A DNA stretch of 64,000 nucleotides from an uncultured bacterium (lineage in GTDB: Bacteria > Patescibacteriota > Minisyncoccia > Phycocordibacterales > GWA1-40-21): contig CAILDB010000003.1 of NCBI GenBank assembly GCA_903832855.1, forward strand, positions 15,398 through 79,397, in the 5' to 3' direction. The notes below the pieces were generated by a model. It was given only the letters and a program-made list of their open reading frames with translations, did not search any database and was not told where the DNA came from. Below are positions 1 to 10,010 of this stretch, piece after piece (within the stretch, counting starts at the first letter, position 1; each line of letters starts with the position of its first letter). Both the position numbers and the translations under genes were made by a program.

Positions 1-236
1 TTCTGCATTTGTCGCAAAAATTGTCTTGCATAAGAAGAAAGCGACTCCACATATCTGCGTTGTCCCTCAGCAAAAATAGTATCAAAAGCAAGAGATGATT
101 TCCCGGAACCAGAAAGTCCCGTGAAGGCGATCATTTTGTTGCGAGGCATTTCCACAGTAATATTCTTCAGATTATTCGTCCGAGCTCCTTTTACTATTAT
201 TTTGTCAGCTATTTCATTAAAACCAGTTTTTGTCAT
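1..236 (-). CDS. uvrA: Excinuclease ABC subunit A (5' part, runs off window)
   Basis: Manual translation [74 protein letters not shown] is the canonical UvrA N-terminus with Walker A. Confidence 0.96.
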   Translation of the reverse strand, partial: MTKTGFNEIADKIIVKGARTNNLKNITVEMPRNKMIAFTGLSGSGKSSLAFDTIFAEGQRRYVESLSSYARQFLRQMQ

Positions 237-390
237 ATTATTAAACACTAAATGCCCCAGCGGTAAGCGCTAGGGGTTATCTATGAATTTATATTACTCC
301 CTAAATCATCTTGTTGCAAGATGATCGGGCGAACACTTTTAAAAAAAGTGTTTTAGCCTTTCCCTATCAAAAAGGCAAATTTTCCTTTTT

Positions 391-771
391 TTATTTCAAC
401 ACCTCCAGAAACTGCTCCGCGAGCTCATCAATAGAATAAAGTGCTTTTACGAGAAACTTTTTGGCGCCAAGCTTTAGGCCCATCTCCATATCATTTTTTT
501 GGCCAAGATTTGAGACAATGACAACAGGAATATCTTTTGTATTTACATCCTCTTTCAATTTTCTCAAAATATCAAAACCACTCATTCCTGGAAGCATAAG
601 ATCAAGGCCTATGATATCCACTTTCTGTGTCTTCAAAATTTCAAACATTTCTTCACCACTTTTTGCATTAAAAACAAACTCCCCCATTTCAAAAAGTTTT
701 TTACCAAGTAAACTATTTAAAAATAAATCGTCTTCAACTATTAGAATTCTTTTTTTATTGTCTTCTGTCAT
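391..771 (-). CDS. Single-domain response regulator (receiver only)
   Basis: ILIVEDD, DLMLPGMSG, SNL, KFLVK receiver motifs; adjacent to kinase. Confidence 0.9.
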   Translation of the reverse strand: MTEDNKKRILIVEDDLFLNSLLGKKLFEMGEFVFNAKSGEEMFEILKTQKVDIIGLDLMLPGMSGFDILRKLKEDVNTKDIPVVIVSNLGQKNDMEMGLKLGAKKFLVKALYSIDELAEQFLEVLK

Positions 772-778
772 ATGTCTA

Positions 779-2062
779 TTATACTTTATCTGCTGAAATT
801 GGTAAAGTGATATCCACAGTCGTACCTTTACTCAAAACCGAGGATAATTTGATCTCACCACCATGCATTTCTATTACTTTGTTTGTGGCATAAAGCCCCA
901 CACCAGTCTCATTTGGGTCTAGAAGCATAGCATTTTTACCTCTAAAGAACTTTTGGAAGATGTATTCCATATCTGCGGAGTCTATTCCTATTCCAGTATC
1001 TTTCACAATTATTTTTGCGCTTGAATTTTCTCTTTCAACTGTTACAAACACTTTTCCTTTTGGCGCGTATCTAAAAGCATTATCAAAAACATTTGTAATA
1101 ACTATACTAAGCATTTTTTCATCGCCATTTATCTTAAATGATTCCATCTTTTCGTAAACTAAATCGATTCCTTTTTCCTCAATCAAAAAGTTAAGATCAT
1201 GAATAACATTTTTGATTAAATCTGTAAGAATAAAATCTTTTCTATTTAATTTGATTTCCCCATCACCCAAATCATATTCCGCCGACTTCAAAAGCTCGCC
1301 CACAATATCAATAGAGTGAACAACTTTACCTAATCCTTCCGTCAAAAGCTCTTTATTTGTGCAATTTTCATCACGAATAGCGGTATCCAGTGCCCACCGA
1401 GCACCTGCAAGCGGAGTTCGTAGCTGGTGAGAGATAGCAGTCAAAAATATTTTCTTTACTTTATCGATTTCGTTTATTTGAACAAATTTCCTTTCAAGTC
1501 TTTCCTTTTCATATCTCTGATAAAGCACATCTTTAATTATCTTATAAAGATAGAAAACCATAAGTGAGTAAAGCGCAAGGTGTAAGATGTGTTTGATAAT
1601 ATAGACAGGATTCGTCAGATAATTTGGATCAAGAAAAATGAGAAGAAATAATGCAACTATAGAAGCAATCCCCATATTTCTGGTTACTCGAATATCCAAA
1701 TACAAGCTTGAAATCAGGGGCACAAAAAACATTGCAAACATCATTGAACTATCCAAATTCCCCGTAGCATATATAAAAAGTGCATAAAAAATTATAAAAA
1801 CATAACCGGTGTGAACCCAAAAGGATGGTTTTTTAAATACTGCGGAGACAATAAAAATAATTACTTGATAAACAAGCATTACTGCAATGATAGTAAAATA
1901 CATTTCTCTATGAATAATCCACGGAAAAAGTGAAGGATAAAAAAGTGGTAATAAAATAAATAGAAGAAAAAATAAAATTGGAATACTTTTTATAATAGAA
2001 GCCAGTCCAACAGATTTTGTAGAGTTATTATCCAAACTTTCTTTTTGTGCGTCATTTTCCAT
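779..2062 (-). CDS. Membrane sensor histidine kinase
   Basis: Multiple TM helices, H-box SHQLRTPL, N-box DNAFRY, DTGIG, GVGL. Confidence 0.92.
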   Translation of the reverse strand: MENDAQKESLDNNSTKSVGLASIIKSIPILFFLLFILLPLFYPSLFPWIIHREMYFTIIAVMLVYQVIIFIVSAVFKKPSFWVHTGYVFIIFYALFIYATGNLDSSMMFAMFFVPLISSLYLDIRVTRNMGIASIVALFLLIFLDPNYLTNPVYIIKHILHLALYSLMVFYLYKIIKDVLYQRYEKERLERKFVQINEIDKVKKIFLTAISHQLRTPLAGARWALDTAIRDENCTNKELLTEGLGKVVHSIDIVGELLKSAEYDLGDGEIKLNRKDFILTDLIKNVIHDLNFLIEEKGIDLVYEKMESFKINGDEKMLSIVITNVFDNAFRYAPKGKVFVTVERENSSAKIIVKDTGIGIDSADMEYIFQKFFRGKNAMLLDPNETGVGLYATNKVIEMHGGEIKLSSVLSKGTTVDITLPISADKV

Positions 2063-2095
2063 ACCTCACTATTATACACGATTTTCCTTGCCCAT

Positions 2096-4186
2096 TCAAA
2101 CTTTTTTCTTGAAGAAAGTTTGCGTGGGCTTTTTTTTCTTGTCCACAGCTTTGGCTTTCTTTTCTATAATTATTTCAATTTGAGCGATTTCATCTCGAAG
2201 AAGTGCTGCTGTCTCAAAATCAAGAATTTTTACAGCCTCGGTCATCTGTTTCTGTTTTTCTTTAATTAGAGTTTTGAGCTTATTTCCGTAAATACCGATG
2301 TCAATCTGCATCAATTCTGAGACAGCCTTCTCATGTTCAGTATTCATTTGATCGGTAATATCTTTAATTTTCTTTATAATAGTTTTTGGAGTTATGCCGT
2401 GTTTTGTATTGTAAGCGGTCTGAATTGCTCTTCTTCTATTTGTTTCTGAGATCGCTCTCGTAATTGAGCCGGTAATGTTGTCTGCATAAAGGACAACTTT
2501 TCCTTTCACATTTCTCGCTGCCCTACCGATAGTCTGAATCAATGATGTCTCCGAACGCAAAAACCCTTCTTTGTCGGCATCAAGAATTCCAATAAATTCA
2601 ACCTCCGGCAAGTCCAAACCTTCACGAAGTAAGTTCACACCGACAATACAATCAAACTTCCCTCTTCTAAAATCAGAGAGAATTCCAATTCTATCTATCG
2701 TTTTGATATCGCTGTGCAAATATTCTGCTTTCACACCTTTTTCTTTTAGAAATACGCTCAAATCTTCCGCCATCTTTTTTGTAAGAGTTGTCGCAATTAC
2801 ACGACCGCCGCCTTTTACAACTCTTTCCGTTTCTTCAATGAAATCAAAAACCTGTCCTTTGTAACCGGACTCCTTGCTTTCCGCAATTTTCCTAATCTCA
2901 ACCTCCGGATCAATAAGCCCAGTGGGACGAATTACTTGCTCAACAATATTTTCTGAATTCGCTTTTTCATAATCTCCCGGAGTCGCAGTAGTAAAAATTG
3001 CTTGACCAATTTTATTTTCAAATTCGTCAAATTTCAAAGGTCTGTTGTCCATTGCGCTTGGTAATCTAAAACCATATTCCACAAGTGTTTTTTTTCTTGA
3101 TTTATCACCCTCAAACATTCCTCTGATTTGCGGTATCGTAACATGCGATTCATCTATAATAGTGAGGAAATCTGCCGTTCCATCGGCTTTATGCGGAAAA
3201 TATGAGAGAAGCGTGCTTGGCGCTTCTCCAGCAAGCTGACCAGAAAAATATCTGGAATAATTTTCAATTCCATTACAATAGCCAACTTCACGGATAAGAG
3301 CTAAATCATAATTTGTCCTTCTTTTTAATCTTTCCGCTTCAAGATTTTTTCCATCTTTTTTTAATTCCGCCAATCTTTTTTCCAAATCAATTTTAATTTC
3401 TTTTATTGCCCTCGCCTGTTGTTCCTTACCTGTAATAAAATGCTTGGCAGGAAAAACAAAAATGTCTTTTAGATCTTCTTCAATAATTCTATTTGTGACT
3501 GAATCTATTTTTGCAACTTTAGAAACAAAATCTCCATCAAAAGAAATTTTGTAAATAACTTTTTCGTTTACCGGCATTATTTCCACGGCATTTCCGACTG
3601 CACGAAAGTCTCCCGGACTTAAATCTGCGTTTGTCCTTTCAAAATGAATGTTTACCAGCTTTTTTATTATTTCCTGCCTGCTAGATTTTTCTCCTTTTGA
3701 AATTTTAATATTTACACTTAAATATTCTTCCGGATTTCCAAGATTGTAAATACAGGAAACGGATGCGACAATAATCACATCCTTTCTCGTCAAAAGTGCC
3801 TGTGTAGAAGCGTGACGAAGCCTATCAATTTCCTCATTTATCATTGCCTCCTTTTCAATGTAAGTATCAGTCACCGGCATATAGGCCTCTGGCTGATAAT
3901 AATCATAATAGGAAACAAAATAATGCACAGCGTTATTTGGAAAAAATTCTTTGTATTCTTGAGCAAGTTGAGCCGCGAGAGTTTTGTTGTGTGCAATTAC
4001 AAGAGTTGGTTTATCGTACTGAGCAATCACATTTGCCATTGTAAAAGTTTTTCCTGAACCCGTCACACCAAAAAGAGTTTGCTTCATCGCACCATTTTCT
4101 AGCCCAGAAACAAGCGACTTTATCGCCTCCGGCTGATCCCCAGCTGGTTTCCAATCTGATTTTATTTGAAAATTATGTTGTGACAT
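2096..4186 (-). CDS. uvrB: Excinuclease ABC subunit B
   Basis: GVTGSGKTFT, YYDYYQPEAY, DESH, LREGLDLPEV, C-terminal UVR domain. Confidence 0.98.
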   Translation of the reverse strand: MSQHNFQIKSDWKPAGDQPEAIKSLVSGLENGAMKQTLFGVTGSGKTFTMANVIAQYDKPTLVIAHNKTLAAQLAQEYKEFFPNNAVHYFVSYYDYYQPEAYMPVTDTYIEKEAMINEEIDRLRHASTQALLTRKDVIIVASVSCIYNLGNPEEYLSVNIKISKGEKSSRQEIIKKLVNIHFERTNADLSPGDFRAVGNAVEIMPVNEKVIYKISFDGDFVSKVAKIDSVTNRIIEEDLKDIFVFPAKHFITGKEQQARAIKEIKIDLEKRLAELKKDGKNLEAERLKRRTNYDLALIREVGYCNGIENYSRYFSGQLAGEAPSTLLSYFPHKADGTADFLTIIDESHVTIPQIRGMFEGDKSRKKTLVEYGFRLPSAMDNRPLKFDEFENKIGQAIFTTATPGDYEKANSENIVEQVIRPTGLIDPEVEIRKIAESKESGYKGQVFDFIEETERVVKGGGRVIATTLTKKMAEDLSVFLKEKGVKAEYLHSDIKTIDRIGILSDFRRGKFDCIVGVNLLREGLDLPEVEFIGILDADKEGFLRSETSLIQTIGRAARNVKGKVVLYADNITGSITRAISETNRRRAIQTAYNTKHGITPKTIIKKIKDITDQMNTEHEKAVSELMQIDIGIYGNKLKTLIKEKQKQMTEAVKILDFETAALLRDEIAQIEIIIEKKAKAVDKKKKPTQTFFKKKV

Positions 4187-4206
4187 TTTTGAAAATTTCT
4201 GGCTTG

Positions 4207-4246
4207 CCCCGTAGTGAACCGAGCCTTCGAGGTTCTACTACTGGGG
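4207..4246. repeat. CCCCGTAGT...ACTACTGGGG inverted-repeat element (short copy)
   Basis: Terminal inverted repeat shared with copies at 7732, 32646, 33287, 38495, 50709, 53678, 60227. Confidence 0.7.
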
Positions 4247-4324
4247 TTTGACATACAAGATACGATTATGTTAGATTTTACAAGGAAATGCAAGTACACC
4301 ACAACAAGACAAAGGAGAAATGAA

Positions 4325-4960
4325 ATGGAACGCAAAGGAATAATTGGCTGGGTAAACCCTTATAAAAAGGGCGGTCCGCCTTCGGGACCAGAAAAACGTG
4401 ATGGTGAACAACCAAACGATGGGAATGTTCTGATGAATCGGTTCCTCAGAATGTCGCCATCAATGAGATTCCGGCTTACAACGAAAATGCCGGACGGCAG
4501 ACGGACAGAGCGTTGCCCAGTTCAGGAACGCATCCAGGCCAGAATCAAGAAATTCGCTTGGACAGATGTACCTGAGGAACAAACTGGCTTCCTTAACACA
4601 TTGAGCCAGTTCTTCTCGCCATGGATGATCGTGGACGGCCTTACAAAGGGTGAAGCCCGTCTGCTACACCTCATCGCCATGCACTTTCAAGGCAGGGCTA
4701 TGAGCGGGATTTATCATCCAAAGGAATGGCGATATAAGAAAGGAAAAAGGATCACTCGGGAGCAATTCATGACTGGCCTCGCAAAGTTCATGAGAAGTAT
4801 GATTGCTACAGGTGGGCTCGTATCTGAAAAGAAAGTACGCACTTACCCCAATATCGGTCTAATGTTTTCCCCCCGTGATTGGGCAACTGTAGAGAGGGTT
4901 ATCGAGGGAAAATATTTCTACCAACTCATCGAGTTCATTAATACTGGCCTCAAACACTAA
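4325..4960 (+). CDS. Hypothetical protein (stand-alone cassette)
   Basis: TTGACA 4248, AAAGGAG SD before ATG 4325, GC-richer than backbone, hairpin+T terminator ~4978-5007. Confidence 0.7.
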   Translation: MERKGIIGWVNPYKKGGPPSGPEKRDGEQPNDGNVLMNRFLRMSPSMRFRLTTKMPDGRRTERCPVQERIQARIKKFAWTDVPEEQTGFLNTLSQFFSPWMIVDGLTKGEARLLHLIAMHFQGRAMSGIYHPKEWRYKKGKRITREQFMTGLAKFMRSMIATGGLVSEKKVRTYPNIGLMFSPRDWATVERVIEGKYFYQLIEFINTGLKH

Positions 4961-5094
4961 ACAGTCACCAGACTGTCGCACCACGCAATCCAGCGTGGTG
5001 CTTTTTTATTGCAATTGACGACAAAAATAATCGTGCTAGTATGTAAAAAGAAGGAAGAGTTCTCCTTAAACAAAGCAAAAGAAAGAAGGTGGGT

Positions 5095-5478
5095 ATGAAG
5101 AAAAAAGAGAAGGAACTGACTCCTGAGCAGAAAGTGGAATTGCTCAAGGAATTCGACGAGGCAATGAAAAAGATCGTCCTGCCCGTAGGCGTATTTTTTG
5201 CGGTAATCAGTCGCGGGCCCAAGAGTGGTATCGATAAAGGTGTAATTATTAGCGTCAGAGAACATGGCTGTTCCTGGTTGTTCACGGACATAAATCAGCA
5301 AAAAGTCCTGAAACAAGGAGGTACGAAACTACTGTTGAAGGATGCGGGTGCATTAGAAAAAAAGGCACGTGCCTCAATTCGGCGAAAATTGAAAAAAAAC
5401 GGTTCGTACGAATTTTATGGACACGGCCCAAGGTGCACTGCAGTCAGAGAGGTTCTCTTCAACACATTCAACCTCTAA
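5095..5478 (+). CDS. Hypothetical protein (stand-alone cassette)
   Basis: TTGACG 5015 / TGcTAGTAT 5037 promoter, ORF, terminator GGCCGTCGCG..CGCGACGGCC-T run ~5496-5525. Confidence 0.65.
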   Translation: MKKKEKELTPEQKVELLKEFDEAMKKIVLPVGVFFAVISRGPKSGIDKGVIISVREHGCSWLFTDINQQKVLKQGGTKLLLKDAGALEKKARASIRRKLKKNGSYEFYGHGPRCTAVREVLFNTFNL

Positions 5479-5523
5479 GAGAATCGATTGTGTTTGGCCG
5501 TCGCGAGTACGCGACGGCCTTTT

Positions 5524-6747
5524 TTATTTTAAATATTTCTCCAAAAAGCTTTTCTTAAATTCAAAAAATGTGCCATCAATAATTGACTGACGAATTTGTT
5601 TTACGAGATTTACGAGAAAATAAACATTGTGAATGGAGGCAAGCGTGCCAGCAAGCATTTCCTTGCCATGAAAAAGATGTGAGAGGTATGCTTTGGAATA
5701 ATTTTTGCAGGTGTAACATTCGCAATCATTTTCAATTGGAGAAATATCGGTGCGAAATTCTGTGTTCATGATATGAATTTTGCCGGTTTTTGTATAAATT
5801 GTGCCGTTTCTACCAAGTCGTGTGGGCAAAACACAATCAAAAAGATCCACGCCGTTTTCAATTCCCATAAATAAATCTTCCGGTTCACCAATTCCTAGCA
5901 AGTGCCTTGGCTTATCTTCTGGCAAAATACTATTGACCCATTTTACCGCTGTGGACATATCTTCTTTTGCAAATGAACCACCAATCCCAAATCCGTCAAA
6001 CTTTTTGCCGTCAACCTCAACTTCAGAAATAAATTTTGCCGAATCTTTTCTTAACCTCTCTTCCCTACCACCCTGCACAATTCCAAAAAGTGCAACTTTA
6101 TTTTCAGAATTTAATTTATTATGTTCTTCAAGAGACCTTCGTGCCCAATTATGAGTTCTTTCAAGTGCTTCTTCCTGATATTTCAAATCTTCTGTCGGAG
6201 ATGTGCACTCATCAAAAGCAAAAATAATATCTGCGCCAAGATTGTGTTGAATTTGAATTGATTTTTCCGGAGTAATGTAATGCACCGAGCCATCAAGATG
6301 TGATGTGAAAGAAACCCCATCCTGACCTATTTTTGCAAGCCGTGGCGCATCGGAATCGTCAAATCTTTCAGGAATTAAAAGTGATGGGTCAACAGTCTGA
6401 ACAACTTTTGAAATCCCTTTTTTGTACGCAGCGCCAAGCGAAAAAACTTGAAAGCCGCCAGAGTCGGTCATTGTGGGCCCACTCCAATTCATCATTTTTC
6501 CCAGTCCGCCCATTTTTTTGACCGCTTCATCTCCCGGCTGTAAATATAAATGATAAGTGTTCGCCAAAACAACCTGAGTCCCAGCATCTCGCACTTGTTC
6601 AGGATTGAGCGACTTCACAGTTCCCTTTGTGCCAACTACAACAAAAGCCGGCGTCTCTATCTGGCCGTGTGCCGTCTCCAAAACCCCAGCTCGCGCCAGT
6701 GTGCCTCCCCCGAGCTTGGATTGTATTGTAAATTTAAAACTTGACAT
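5524..6747 (-). CDS. tgt: tRNA-guanine transglycosylase
   Basis: LANTYHL, TDSGGFQVFSL, FDEC, DLFDCVLPTR, CECYTC zinc site. Confidence 0.97.
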   Translation of the reverse strand: MSSFKFTIQSKLGGGTLARAGVLETAHGQIETPAFVVVGTKGTVKSLNPEQVRDAGTQVVLANTYHLYLQPGDEAVKKMGGLGKMMNWSGPTMTDSGGFQVFSLGAAYKKGISKVVQTVDPSLLIPERFDDSDAPRLAKIGQDGVSFTSHLDGSVHYITPEKSIQIQHNLGADIIFAFDECTSPTEDLKYQEEALERTHNWARRSLEEHNKLNSENKVALFGIVQGGREERLRKDSAKFISEVEVDGKKFDGFGIGGSFAKEDMSTAVKWVNSILPEDKPRHLLGIGEPEDLFMGIENGVDLFDCVLPTRLGRNGTIYTKTGKIHIMNTEFRTDISPIENDCECYTCKNYSKAYLSHLFHGKEMLAGTLASIHNVYFLVNLVKQIRQSIIDGTFFEFKKSFLEKYLK

Positions 6748-6805
6748 CTTATTTAGAAAGAATAGTATTATTTTCGGAAGAAAGCAACCAAAAAAGGAGA
6801 ACTGG

Positions 6806-7027
6806 ATGAAAAATGAAGATATTCATGAACGGTCCGTGATGCTGGCAGGTCTTCTGGTTGATGCCGAGAAACTGGTTTCCAGTATAAAGGCACAGCTGGA
6901 AATTGTGCAGGGTGAATGTACACACGAACGTGCCGAAGAATACAGAAGGCACTGGGTTGGATCTTGTCCATACTGTGGGGAAAAGTTCATGGCAAAAGAA
7001 GATGTCGATCGTATATACTCCGAATGA
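6806..7027 (+). CDS. Small putative Zn-binding protein (C-x-H...CPYC)
   Basis: TTGACA 6741, AAAAGGAG SD before ATG 6806, terminator GAGCGAGGAAA..TTTCCTCGCTC-T run. Confidence 0.65.
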   Translation: MKNEDIHERSVMLAGLLVDAEKLVSSIKAQLEIVQGECTHERAEEYRRHWVGSCPYCGEKFMAKEDVDRIYSE

Positions 7028-7078
7028 TCAGAAGAGGTGCAACGCGAGCGAGGAAAATATTTCCTCGCTCTTTTTTTA

Positions 7079-7142
7079 TTTCGACAAGCAAGGAGCAAAG
7101 TGGAAAATTCTTATTTTACATTTTGTCCGAGCGAAGTCGAAA
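7079..7142 (+). repeat. Hairpin module TTCGAC...GTCGAA
   Basis: Near-identical sequence nested at 19340-19400. Confidence 0.8.
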
Positions 7143-7159
7143 GAAAGGGTAGGGCCCCT

Positions 7160-7654
7160 TTATTTCACTCCCAAAAGTTCTATCTCAAAATAAAGAGTTG
7201 AATTTGCAGGAATTGGACCGTTTGAACTTGCACCATATCCTAGATTTGGTGGAATAACGAGAATTCTTTTTCCGCCAACTTTCATACCAGTCACACCAAG
7301 GTCCCAACCTTCAATAACTTGCCCCGCACCAAGTGTAAATGTAAATGGTGTTCCTCTATCAATCGAACTATCAAACTTTGTGCCATCTGTAAGTACCCCG
7401 ACATAATTTACAGTAATACTTTTACCAGCTACTGCTTCTGCACCTGTTCCAACAACTTCATCTTTAATTCCTAATTGTGTATTATTCACTTGATTTAAAT
7501 TATTAGTACCTGTTGCATTTTGATCTACCTCTGCGACTTGCTGTGTGTCAGCTGTTCCCAGAAACTGATCAAAAATTCCACCGACCCATCCGACAAAAAC
7601 TAAGACTACAATAACTGCGATTGTAATTGCTATACCTTTTGTTGTTTTATTCAT
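7160..7654 (-). CDS. FKBP-type peptidyl-prolyl isomerase with N-terminal TM anchor
   Basis: VNYVGVLTDGTKFDSS, GQVIEGWD, IPPNLGYG, IPANSTLYFEIEL. Confidence 0.95.
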   Translation of the reverse strand: MNKTTKGIAITIAVIVVLVFVGWVGGIFDQFLGTADTQQVAEVDQNATGTNNLNQVNNTQLGIKDEVVGTGAEAVAGKSITVNYVGVLTDGTKFDSSIDRGTPFTFTLGAGQVIEGWDLGVTGMKVGGKRILVIPPNLGYGASSNGPIPANSTLYFEIELLGVK

Positions 7655-7731
7655 AATTTTAAAATACGACTATTAATAATAGTTACCAGTATATCACAAT
7701 GAAAACTTTTACAAAAGCAAATATGTTGATA

Positions 7732-7799
7732 CCCCGTAGTGAAATTTGCCATTGATTTTTAAAAAGTTGAACTTTTTGATGGCAAATTCTACTACGGGG
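7732..7799. mobile_element. MITE-like element with CCCCGTAGT TIRs and TGATA target duplication
   Basis: TGATA-CCCCGTAGTGAAATTTGCCAT...ATGGCAAATTCTACTACGGGG-TGATA. Confidence 0.7.
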
Positions 7800-7814
7800 T
7801 GATATAATGTTTAT

Positions 7815-8522
7815 ATGAGTATTAAAAATTGGTTCTTAGGACATATTAAAAGAAAAGCAGAAGAAGAACCTGTTACTATTGCTGAACTCAAAAAAATTGT
7901 TGAAAAAAGGATGTCTATTACAAATGATGAATTCCAAAAAGGATACGAGCTCATAGAAAAATATCCTCGTTCTGTCAGCATTTTGGGTTCTGCAAGATTT
8001 AATGAGGACAACAAATATTATCAGGCGGCAAGGTCATTAGGTTATAGAATAGCCAAGGAGCTCAAATATGCTGTCGTGACAGGCGGAGGGCCTGGAATTA
8101 TGGAAGCAGCAAATAGAGGCGCGTATGAGGCAAGAGGCAAATCACTTGGCTTCACAATTAAACTTCCAAAGGAACAGAAAGTAAATAAATATGTGACAGA
8201 GTTTGTTGAATTTGAATATTTCTTTAGCAGAAAGACGATACTTTTCTTTTCCGCCGAATGCTATGTTTATTTTCCGGGAGGATTCGGGACATTGGATGAA
8301 TTACTTGAAATTGTGACTTTAATACAAACAAAAAAGATTCCCAGAACACCGGTTATTTTAGTCGGTAGAGAATTTTGGCAACCATTTATTGATTTAATGA
8401 AAACAAAACTTTTAGACGAAAATGAAACAATCAGTCCAGATGATATTAATATTTATCAAATAGTTGATTCCGAAGACGAAATATTAAAAATAATTAAAAA
8501 CGCTCCGTTTAGACAGGAATAA
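7815..8522 (+). CDS. LOG family (TIGR00730) Rossmann-fold protein
   Basis: GSAR, TGGGPGIMEAANRGA, FFSRK, PGGFGTLDE. Confidence 0.93.
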   Translation: MSIKNWFLGHIKRKAEEEPVTIAELKKIVEKRMSITNDEFQKGYELIEKYPRSVSILGSARFNEDNKYYQAARSLGYRIAKELKYAVVTGGGPGIMEAANRGAYEARGKSLGFTIKLPKEQKVNKYVTEFVEFEYFFSRKTILFFSAECYVYFPGGFGTLDELLEIVTLIQTKKIPRTPVILVGREFWQPFIDLMKTKLLDENETISPDDINIYQIVDSEDEILKIIKNAPFRQE

Positions 8523-8523
8523 C

Positions 8524-8683
8524 AAAGCAAAAAGGTTTTTGTAAAAAATAACCTCGTAGCAAAATGCTTTTGAATTGACTTGGGAGCGCGACGGCGCGAG
8601 CACGAGGAATTTTTTAGCAAAAAAATATCCGTGCAATTCAAAAGCTTTTTGTGGAGAGGTTTTTACAAAAACCTTTTTGCTTT
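8524..8683 (+). repeat. Nested palindromic repeat, GACG/AGCA family copy A
   Basis: Outer IR AAAGCAAAAAGGTTTTTGTAAAAA; core GGGAGCGCGACGGCGCGAGCACGAGGAATTTTTTAGCAAAAAAATATCCGTG shared with 23302 and 25805 copies. Confidence 0.85.
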
Positions 8684-8691
8684 CTTTTTCC

Positions 8692-9009
8692 TTATTTAAT
8701 AGAAGTAATCTCCACTTTAAAATATGGCTGTCTGTGTCCGTTCTTTTTAAAATATCTGCTTTTTTGTTTGTAGTGAATAACTGTAACTGTAGGAAGTTTA
8801 CCAATTTCTATGATTTTCCCCTCTACTTTTGCACCATCAATAAAAGGAGTTCCGATAGTAGTATCTTTGCCGTTATCCACAAGCAAAACCTTATCAAAAA
8901 CGACTTTATCGCCTTCTTTGAAGTCATCCCCGAGCTTTTCTATTTCCAAGAAATCGCCCTTTGACGCTTTGTATTGTTTTCCACCTGTTTTTATAACTGC
9001 AAATTCCAT
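8692..9009 (-). CDS. rplU: 50S ribosomal protein bL21
   Basis: MEFAVIKTGGKQY...GHRQPY; ATG 9009 preferred over upstream TTG. Confidence 0.97.
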   Translation of the reverse strand: MEFAVIKTGGKQYKASKGDFLEIEKLGDDFKEGDKVVFDKVLLVDNGKDTTIGTPFIDGAKVEGKIIEIGKLPTVTVIHYKQKSRYFKKNGHRQPYFKVEITSIK

Positions 9010-9046
9010 GTAAAATATCTTACACGAAAATCTAGAGAATTGCAAG

Positions 9047-10009
9047 TTATTTTAAATATTTTTCAATATTCGCTAAATGCTCGAGATATGTGACGGCATA
9101 ATGCATATTACCATCCTTATCAGCAATGAAATACAAATATTTTGTTTTAGTTGGAGTTACAGCAGAAATAATTGCGTCAAGTCCTGGATTTGATATTGGT
9201 GTTGGTGGAAGCCCAAGATGTGTGTAACTATTGTATGGGGAATCTATTTTTAAATCATCAGGAGTAATATCAAAAGTTCCCTTACCATTTATATATTTAA
9301 ATGACACATCTACCTGAAGTGGCATTTTCAAGGATATTCTCTTCCAAAGAATTCCAGCAATAATTTCTCTCGTCTCGGTCGTCCTCGCCTCCCCTTCCAA
9401 AATTGAGGCCATCTTAATCACATCACTAATTGGTTTTTTAAATGCGATAATTTGAGAATTTACAGTATCAAGTCTTTTCGTAAAAGTATTTTCCATAATA
9501 CTGATAATATCTGCAACACTTTGGTTTGGTAGAAAATTGTATGTATCAGGGAAAAGATAACCTTCCTTTGGAGTAGCGAGTTTCAAAAATGTTTTTTTAT
9601 CAAAACTTGGTATTTTTTTTACAAGAATATCAGCAATTTCTTTTACATCTAGTCCTTCTGGAATCAAGACCTTAATAGTGATGAGATCATACTCTCCATT
9701 TGCTAGTTTAGAAACAATTTGAAAAAGATTTTGACTTTTTTGCAAATAATAATCCCCCGCCATTATTTTTCCACGCATCAAAATATATGAAAAAGATTTA
9801 AACCAAAATTCTGATTTAATAATCCCTTTTCCCTTCAAAATAGTCGCAGTGGAAGAAAGCGTCTCACCTTTTGAAATTGTCAAAACAATATCTACCGGAA
9901 AATCTTTTGGAGCAGAATTAATAGAAAAAATAAAAACAACCAGAATGACAATTACTACTGCAATTTCCCCAAACAAAATAAAATTTTTACCAGTAGGTCC
10001 TGCATCCAT
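9047..10009 (-). CDS. mltG: Endolytic transglycosylase MltG (YceG)
   Basis: EGYLFPDTY, MASILEGE, MPLQVD, SPYNSY, GLPPTPISNPG. Confidence 0.93.
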   Translation of the reverse strand: MDAGPTGKNFILFGEIAVVIVILVVFIFSINSAPKDFPVDIVLTISKGETLSSTATILKGKGIIKSEFWFKSFSYILMRGKIMAGDYYLQKSQNLFQIVSKLANGEYDLITIKVLIPEGLDVKEIADILVKKIPSFDKKTFLKLATPKEGYLFPDTYNFLPNQSVADIISIMENTFTKRLDTVNSQIIAFKKPISDVIKMASILEGEARTTETREIIAGILWKRISLKMPLQVDVSFKYINGKGTFDITPDDLKIDSPYNSYTHLGLPPTPISNPGLDAIISAVTPTKTKYLYFIADKDGNMHYAVTYLEHLANIEKYLK

Positions 10010-10010
10010 A

